Assembly (NCBI GenBank): GCA_004524535.1
Contig: SDNY01000100.1
Location: 1-13,672 of the forward strand
Length of the DNA stretch: 13,672 nt
DNA from: Promethearchaeota archaeon
GTDB lineage: Archaea; Asgardarchaeota; Lokiarchaeia; Sigyniarchaeales; SOKP01
Direction of reading: 5' to 3'
Shown: positions 8,423 through 13,672 of the stretch, in pieces
Position numbering within the stretch: the first letter of the stretch is position 1
Layout: every line of letters starts with the position of its first letter
The notes under the pieces: generated by a model
The model's database searches: none
What the model was told of the DNA's origin: nothing
Seen by the model: only the letters and a program-made list of their open reading frames with translations
Program-made: the position numbers and the translations under genes

Positions 8423-8444
8423 AGGCAAAGGTCGCGGGTTCAAA

Positions 8445-8474
8445 GGATTGAAACACATCGTTTCTTTCAGAAAT
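8445..8474 (+). other. tRNA-Thr intron 3 (30 nt, T-loop, 59/60)
   Basis: Removal restores TTCAAAT. TTC(8439-8441) pairs with GAA(8470-8472), the 3' bulge is AT|T, and the internal hairpin is GAAAC/GTTTC. Confidence 0.85.
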
Positions 8475-8532
8475 TCCCGCCGGAGGCTTCTTATCATTAT
8501 CTTACAGTCTAGATATAATTTAAATACTCTTA

Positions 8533-10209
8533 TTACTCCAGATCTTGAAATTTGTTTGAAAATGTATTCCATATTTTGTTTAAATTCATACCAGAGAACA
8601 GATTATTTACCATATAATTCTTAGGATTAGCTGCTTTCCAATTGTCAAAATTGAATACGTGTTTACATATTAAAAGATGAAAATCTTCCTTTTCTAATTC
8701 AATTTTAGTAAGTCGTCCATTCTCATCTATTATATCAATTATTGCACCAAATTTTAAAATTTCAATAACTTTTTGTCTCTGTAATTTATATTTTAACTCT
8801 GATAATGAATTACAACCATTATTTTTAACAATTCTTTTGACGATTGTCTGAATTTTTGTCTTACCAATTGATAATATCTCAGCAATCGACTTTTGATTTG
8901 AACCAGAATAAGATCTTAACATTTTATTAGAAATAAACCATTCTTTCCATTGATATTCAGGAATCCCAACAAAGTTTTTTTCTGTTTTATCTAAATATTG
9001 CATAATTTCTTCCCAACTTGCTCTTGTGTCTATATTGAATAATTTATAGATTTTTTCGATATCTGTTTTTAAATATTCCTCTCCATAACTCCACTCATAA
9101 AACCAACCATCATTCAGTAATTCAGCATCCTTAAATGTTAAATAGATTTCATGCCTGGATATCCCTTCAATGCTATCTAAGTGTTCGATGATTGGTTTTA
9201 AAAACATTTCCTGAGCTTTATAAGATCCCCCAAAGATTTCAGTTATTTTATGCCTTAGAGTGCGGATCTTAACATCCTTTATATTATAAAATTCTTTTAA
9301 ATCTTTCAACATCTTAGGTGCGGATAATCCTAAAGCAATCATAATAGCAATATCATATAATGGTAATGGAAAATTTGTACCTGTTTGCCCACCTGAAGTA
9401 GTATTCAATCCTTTCTTTCTTAAATCTAAATATTCAGGATATTCATTATTGAAATCTTTTATTATAAGCCCTTGCTCAAATAGACTTTTTAGTGGAAAAT
9501 TTTTAATATAGTATATCTCTCTAGAACCGAGTTTAATAGAACTATAATGCAACTCAATGATACAAGGTCTAATATATGGTTTGATGTTATGTTCAATTTG
9601 GTGAAGAAACTTCCTTCTTTCATTATACCTCTGTAGAGCGGAAAGAGTAGATATTTTCTTATAGGTTTCTATTAAATCATAACCAATGTTTAAAAGAACA
9701 TTACATATTGCTTCATAAAACTTATGATATCCTGGTTGATTTATATCACCATTACTTTTATAATAACCTCTCAAAGCATTAATAATATGTTCTTCAAATC
9801 TTTTTTCTATTCTCTTTTCAGTAAGACCACAATAAAATAAGCCTTGAACATCAACTGCATAAATTAGACCTCCATATTCATATTTTCCAATATTATATAA
9901 TTTTAATGCCCCATGAAAATCAGGATCATTAAATGGAATATATTCTCTTCCTTTTTGATCAATTATAATCTTTTCTTCTGGATTATAAAGTCTATATTGC
10001 TTTTTTTGTTCTAGCTGTTTCATTAAGCTAGAGATTGCTTTTTTAGCCTCTTTTCCTATTAAGGAATCCAAATTAAGATATTTCTTAATTAATTCATGAA
10101 TTAATTCCTTCTTCTCAGATTTAAACCATACAGAAATCCCCTGATCAGGATTAATACCATTAATACTTGCTTTTTTTTCTTTATTAATTATGTTATTTCT
10201 TTCATTCAT
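8533..10209 (-). CDS. Free-standing GIY-YIG endonuclease-like protein with a long C-terminal putative DNA-binding region
   Basis: GLIY(114-117)-x8-YCG(126-128), KRFEEH (R137, H141), FYEAI, REIYYI (E231) and GLNTTSGG (N269) follow the GIY-YIG motif order, with insertions. HTH-like segments follow (e.g. SIAEILSIGKTKIQTIVKRI). Confidence 0.75.
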   Translation of the reverse strand: MNERNNIINKEKKASINGINPDQGISVWFKSEKKELIHELIKKYLNLDSLIGKEAKKAISSLMKQLEQKKQYRLYNPEEKIIIDQKGREYIPFNDPDFHGALKLYNIGKYEYGGLIYAVDVQGLFYCGLTEKRIEKRFEEHIINALRGYYKSNGDINQPGYHKFYEAICNVLLNIGYDLIETYKKISTLSALQRYNERRKFLHQIEHNIKPYIRPCIIELHYSSIKLGSREIYYIKNFPLKSLFEQGLIIKDFNNEYPEYLDLRKKGLNTTSGGQTGTNFPLPLYDIAIMIALGLSAPKMLKDLKEFYNIKDVKIRTLRHKITEIFGGSYKAQEMFLKPIIEHLDSIEGISRHEIYLTFKDAELLNDGWFYEWSYGEEYLKTDIEKIYKLFNIDTRASWEEIMQYLDKTEKNFVGIPEYQWKEWFISNKMLRSYSGSNQKSIAEILSIGKTKIQTIVKRIVKNNGCNSLSELKYKLQRQKVIEILKFGAIIDIIDENGRLTKIELEKEDFHLLICKHVFNFDNWKAANPKNYMVNNLFSGMNLNKIWNTFSNKFQDLE

Positions 10210-10525
10210 ACTGTTAATAGATTTATTAATTTTTTATGATAAAATCATTGATATAAATCAATCTTAAAATATAGGTTTCTTTGTGTCTAATTTCTCAAAA
10301 AAGTTTAGTTGAATATTCGGGTGATAATGGTAAATCATATCAACCATAATTTCCTCAATAATACTATAGATCTAATTAATTTAAAAGAAAAGAGTGATGT
10401 AATTTATAAATATAATCTTATTTGATAAAATAAAAAAGATAACACGAATTTTATATTTATTATTACAAATCAATATTTAAGTTTTTATATTAGCCGGTGT
10501 GGCTTAGCTGGTTATAGCGCCAGAC

Positions 10526-10568
10526 ACACGCTCATTCTGAGAGTTGGGTCAGACTGAATGTGCTGGAC
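10526..10568 (+). other. tRNA-Met intron 1 (43 nt, 32/33)
   Basis: BHB: CCAG(10520-10523)/CTGG(10563-10566), bulges AC|A and AC|T, inner helix CACG/TGTG, outer pair G10519-C10570. GAC at both ends makes the junction ambiguous by sequence alone, and BHB geometry selects 32/33. Confidence 0.85.
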
Positions 10569-10595
10569 TCATAATCTGGAGGTCGCGGGCTCAAA

Positions 10596-10624
10596 ATTAT
10601 ATACCATTTCGCTATAATTGAGAT
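10596..10624 (+). other. tRNA-Met intron 2 (29 nt, T-loop, 59/60)
   Basis: Central helix CTCA(10590-10593)/TGAG(10619-10622), 3' bulge AT|T, inner stem ATTATA/TATAAT. Confidence 0.87.
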
Positions 10625-10638
10625 TCCCGCCACCGGCA

Positions 10639-10645
10639 TTTTTTT
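10639..10645 (+). terminator. Oligo-T terminator of tRNA-Met
   Basis: T7 immediately follows the discriminator base. Confidence 0.55.
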
Positions 10646-10782
10646 CATCCTATTGGCCTATTAAAATCAAATAATCTTTTCTAAAGAATTAAAAACTAAA
10701 ATTAAATAATTTTTAATATTTTTACAAATAAGGTAAAATTCATAAATTATTTTTATTAAAGCTACTATTCCTAGATGATTTT

Positions 10783-11070
10783 ATGGGGAGAAAATATAGA
10801 AGTCAAAGTAAGAGATATGAGGACTATAAACACCAAGGAAAGAAACCCCGAACAAATTGGCGAACAAGGAGATATAATCGAAAAAGACACGAAAAAGCAA
10901 TGGAAGGTGTTTATAGATACAAATATCGTAGTATTTTGGGTTGGTTATTTGCAAGAAGGCGAAGGAAAGACGAGTCATTAAATGAATATAGACTAAAACT
11001 CATTAATCTCGAACTTTGTTCATTTATCATAATATTGCTAATTATTATACTCTATTTAGTATATAATTAA
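10783..11070 (+). CDS. Small Arg/Lys/Tyr-rich protein with a C-terminal TM helix
   Basis: Longest of three overlapping ORFs (95 aa), with a coherent basic region followed by LCSFIIILLIIILYLVYN. Confidence 0.55.
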   Translation: MGRKYRSQSKRYEDYKHQGKKPRTNWRTRRYNRKRHEKAMEGVYRYKYRSILGWLFARRRRKDESLNEYRLKLINLELCSFIIILLIIILYLVYN

Positions 11071-11266
11071 TTTGAAAGTAGTATTTTTATCTATTTATAT
11101 TCTGAATAAATGTAATTCTAAATATATCTTTTTATTTAATAACTAAAATTTTACTCTCTAATTAATCATTTAAGTGAAAAAATCACAATATTTTTAAAGA
11201 TAAATGAAGTAATTATTATAGCAAAATTTGTCCATAAACTAAAGAAAAAAATCGAGAAGAGTAAAG

Positions 11267-13531
11267 ATGAAATTTCGCAGAAAGATATTTAAAATAGTAA
11301 TTCCATTCATCGTATTTCTTTTTGGGATTACTACATGCTTAAATACTTTTTCCATCATAGACAACAATGCTACTAATAGAAATCTTAAAGATATAAAATA
11401 TAAAGAAACTCCTGCTTCCGCAACAAATTCAATATGGTATAGAGTATGGGGATATAATAAAACAGATTCTTGGGATATGGGAACAAGTGTAGCATATGAT
11501 TCAGTTGGGAATTATTATATGGTAGGACGTAGTTCTAACTCGAGAGATGCTGCATTTTTAGTAAAATACGATAATTCAGGCAATTATAAATGGAATAGAA
11601 CTTGGCACGGAGAGGGTTGGCCTGAAGCTAACGATGTTACTGTGGACTCATCAGATAATATCTATGTTACTGGTTCAATAAAAAAAGATGGTGTTTATGT
11701 TATAAATACATTAAAGTTCAATAAAACAGGAGGTCTAAAATGGAACTCAACTGCAGGAGCAGATTATGAATGTATTGGAGATGGAATAGCAATTGGACCT
11801 GATAATTACGTATATGTTGCAGGTGCAAATTATACGTTAGTAGGGCCTGATTATGTAGTATTATTGAAATATAATATGACGACGGGGAATATAGTGGATT
11901 TGAGATCCTATTCTGGTGTTGGTTCCACTTCTGGTATGGGTAAAGATATAGCTATAGATTCCTCTAAAAATATTTACATTGTCGGAACAAATCAATCAGG
12001 GGGCATACCTAATGAAATTTTATTATTAAAAATAAATAGCACTATGGATTTAAATTGGTCAAGAAGTTGGAAAAATCCTTATAAAGGTTTACATGTTAAT
12101 CAAGGTTACGGTGTTGATGTAGATTCTAACGGTGATATATACATAGTTGGACTTTATGAAGCATATGACTATTTCCCACCATATTATTACCATGATGGTG
12201 TTTTCTTAAAGTATAATGAGACGGGGCATTTACTTTGGGAAAAAATTTTACATAATCAATATAATAACACTGGTTTAGGTGATATTTATATATATCAAGA
12301 TAGGATATATATTTGTGGATTTCAAGGAGATTATGATGATGACGATGTGCTTGTGCTGGAATATAATACAACAGGAGGTTTGATAAATAAAACTTCCTGG
12401 GGCGGAACCGCTGATGATAGTGGTTGGGGTATAACTGTAAGAAATCCCTCAGATATAGTAATTGTAGGAAGAACAAGTTCATATGCGAGTGGATTCCCAG
12501 CAGACGCTTTTATATTAAAGTATTATCAACCAAGTATCTACCCTCCTGGAAGTTTCACACTGGACTCTAATGCGGGCGACCCAGATACAGATGGGAATTT
12601 CAATTTAACGTGGTCTAAATCTATCGGAGCTGATAATTATTCAGTTTATAGTCATGATGGTTTTATTCATCAAATAAAAAATAACGGTACTTTAGAAGAC
12701 CAGGGAATCGAAGATTTAAATTATACAATCTCAGGATTAACAAGTGGAGATTATTATTATATAGTAATTGCTTATAATGAAACAGGAAATACCTCATCTA
12801 ACTGTTTACAAGTATCTGTTCGAATCCCTCCCAAAGCCTTTAATATGTTTACTGATGCCAATGATCCAGATACCGATGGGAATTTCAATTTAACGTGGTC
12901 TAAGTCTATCGGAGCCGATAATTATTCTGTTTATAGTCATGATGTTTTTATTCATCAAATAAAAAATAATGGTACTTTAGAAGTCCAGGGAATCGAAGAA
13001 TTAAATCATACAATCTCAGGATTAACTAGTGGCGATTATTATTATATTGTAATTGCTTACAATGAAACAGGAAATACCTCATCTAACTGTACACAAGTAT
13101 CTGTTCGAATCCCTCCCAAAGCCTTTAATATGTTTACTGATGCTAATGATCCAGATACCGATGGGAATTTCAATTTAACGTGGTCTAAATCTATCGGAGC
13201 TGATAATTACTCTGTATATCGATCTAATAATCCAATTTCAAATCTAGATAATTGTATTGAAGTTAAAAGTTATATTACTGATCTCAATTATACAGTCACT
13301 GGGATGAAGACTGGAACCTACTATTTTGTAATTGTGGCTTATAATGCAACAGGATTTACTTTGTCTGATTATGTTCAGGTCAATGTTAGTATACCTCTAA
13401 ACGGATTGCCCCCTGCCCAAGGCGGAAATGATGATGATGATGATAGTGAAGATGGAATTATACCTAGTTATGATATTTATTTAATATTAATTTTAACAAC
13501 ATGCATTTCTTTAATTTATTATCGAGTATGA
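11267..13531 (+). CDS. Secreted/surface protein: SBBP-type beta-propeller, three FN3-like domains, acidic linker, Loki-CTERM-like anchor
   Basis: Signal peptide (MKFRRKIFKIVIPFIVFLFG), repeated (V/I)xxDSxxNIYVxG...LxKY(D/N)xxG blades, three NFNLTW...YSVY...YT(I/V)xG...YYxxxxAYNxTG units, and DDDDDSED followed by IIPSYDIYLILILTTCISLIYYRV. Many N-x-S/T sequons. Confidence 0.88.
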   Translation: MKFRRKIFKIVIPFIVFLFGITTCLNTFSIIDNNATNRNLKDIKYKETPASATNSIWYRVWGYNKTDSWDMGTSVAYDSVGNYYMVGRSSNSRDAAFLVKYDNSGNYKWNRTWHGEGWPEANDVTVDSSDNIYVTGSIKKDGVYVINTLKFNKTGGLKWNSTAGADYECIGDGIAIGPDNYVYVAGANYTLVGPDYVVLLKYNMTTGNIVDLRSYSGVGSTSGMGKDIAIDSSKNIYIVGTNQSGGIPNEILLLKINSTMDLNWSRSWKNPYKGLHVNQGYGVDVDSNGDIYIVGLYEAYDYFPPYYYHDGVFLKYNETGHLLWEKILHNQYNNTGLGDIYIYQDRIYICGFQGDYDDDDVLVLEYNTTGGLINKTSWGGTADDSGWGITVRNPSDIVIVGRTSSYASGFPADAFILKYYQPSIYPPGSFTLDSNAGDPDTDGNFNLTWSKSIGADNYSVYSHDGFIHQIKNNGTLEDQGIEDLNYTISGLTSGDYYYIVIAYNETGNTSSNCLQVSVRIPPKAFNMFTDANDPDTDGNFNLTWSKSIGADNYSVYSHDVFIHQIKNNGTLEVQGIEELNHTISGLTSGDYYYIVIAYNETGNTSSNCTQVSVRIPPKAFNMFTDANDPDTDGNFNLTWSKSIGADNYSVYRSNNPISNLDNCIEVKSYITDLNYTVTGMKTGTYYFVIVAYNATGFTLSDYVQVNVSIPLNGLPPAQGGNDDDDDSEDGIIPSYDIYLILILTTCISLIYYRV
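12578..13218 (+). repeat. Intragenic tandem repeat, 285-bp (95-codon) period, about 2.25 copies
   Basis: ATGGGAATTTCAATTTAACGTGGTCTAA recurs at 12591, 12876 and 13161. Copies 12578-12862 and 12863-13147 differ at 17 positions by hand count. Confidence 0.96.
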
Positions 13532-13672
13532 TCATATTTTAATAGTTAAAACATTATTTAATTTTTCTGTTTCGACATTATTTGTGTATTAATCACGCTT
13601 ATTTAAGTGTAATGCAAGTTTCCTTCAATGATTCGTGCGATTCTATTTTCTATCAATTAGTAAAATGGACTA

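Larger units (their letters stand above)
8326..8488 (+). tRNA. tRNA-Thr(GGT) with three introns (22/23, 37/38, 59/60)
   Basis: Exons 8326-8347, 8379-8393, 8423-8444 and 8475-8488 join to a 73-nt cloverleaf: GCCTCCG TG GCTT AGCCGGTA GAGC A TTGCC TTGGTAA GGCAA AGGTC GCGGG TTCAAAT CCCGC CGGAGGC T. Acceptor, anticodon and T stems pair perfectly. U73 is typical of archaeal tRNA-Thr. Confidence 0.93.
10493..10638 (+). tRNA. Elongator tRNA-Met(CAT) with two introns (32/33, 59/60)
   Basis: Exons 10493-10525, 10569-10595 and 10625-10638 give 74 nt: GCCGGTG TG GCTT AGCTGGTTA TAGC G CCAGA CTCATAA TCTGG AGGTC GCGGG CTCAAAT CCCGC CACCGGC A. G1-C72/C2-G71/C3-G70 with A73, and no A1-U72 or GGG/CCC stem, indicate elongator Met rather than initiator or Ile2. 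Confidence 0.92.

Noticed and set aside
8489-10492. tRNA-integrated element with att repeats or IS ends around the nuclease gene
   Set aside because: No duplicate of a tRNA 3' end, no integrase or transposase, and no terminal inverted repeats seen. Only weak AT-rich matches (around 8511-8524 and 10367-10385).
10526-10568. tRNA-Met intron as a box C/D guide RNA, like the euryarchaeal tRNA-Trp intron
   Set aside because: Two CTGA (box D-like) motifs are present at 10537 and 10554, but there is no convincing RTGATGA box C and 43 nt is short.
8326-10638. Split, trans-spliced or permuted tRNA halves
   Set aside because: Each locus has all its exons in normal order and folds on its own, with no long complementary leader sequences.
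10775-10981. Alternative ORFs 10775-10981 (+) and 10781-10978 (-)
   Set aside because: They overlap the longer 10783-11070 ORF and have no recognisable features, although they are not rigorously excluded.
12126-12482. 118-aa minus-strand ORF
   Set aside because: Antisense to the propeller region of the 754-aa surface protein.
12578-13147. 285-bp repeat pair as a diversity-generating retroelement TR/VR
   Set aside because: Mismatches are not adenine-specific (several C/T and one G/T) and are mostly synonymous. Both copies are in one ORF, and there is no reverse transcriptase in the window.

Overview
AT-rich archaeal window, most likely Asgard (Lokiarchaeia-type). This is inferred from BHB-intron tRNAs without encoded CCA, an archaeal U73 tRNA-Thr, several small zinc-ribbon ORFs and a surface protein with a Loki-CTERM-like tail. 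From left to right it holds: (1) the 3' end of an SDR gene and two minus-strand hypothetical genes, one possibly a ribbon-helix-helix regulator; (2) a plus-strand cluster with an NfeD/YqiJ-like membrane protein carrying a 72-residue (x-Asp)36 tract, a flotillin-like SPFH protein, small single-TM proteins, a beta-carbonic anhydrase with a Pro-Lys-Ile repeat tail, a small Cys4 protein and a YhhN/TMEM86 protein; (3) two tRNA genes not shown in the ORF track, tRNA-Thr(GGT) with three introns (22/23, 37/38, 59/60) and elongator tRNA-Met(CAT) with two introns (32/33, 59/60) and an unusual C54, flanking a single free-standing GIY-YIG endonuclease-like gene; (4) a secreted beta-propeller/3xFN3 protein with a recent 285-bp internal duplication. 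All calls come from reading the sequence by eye, and no searches were run.
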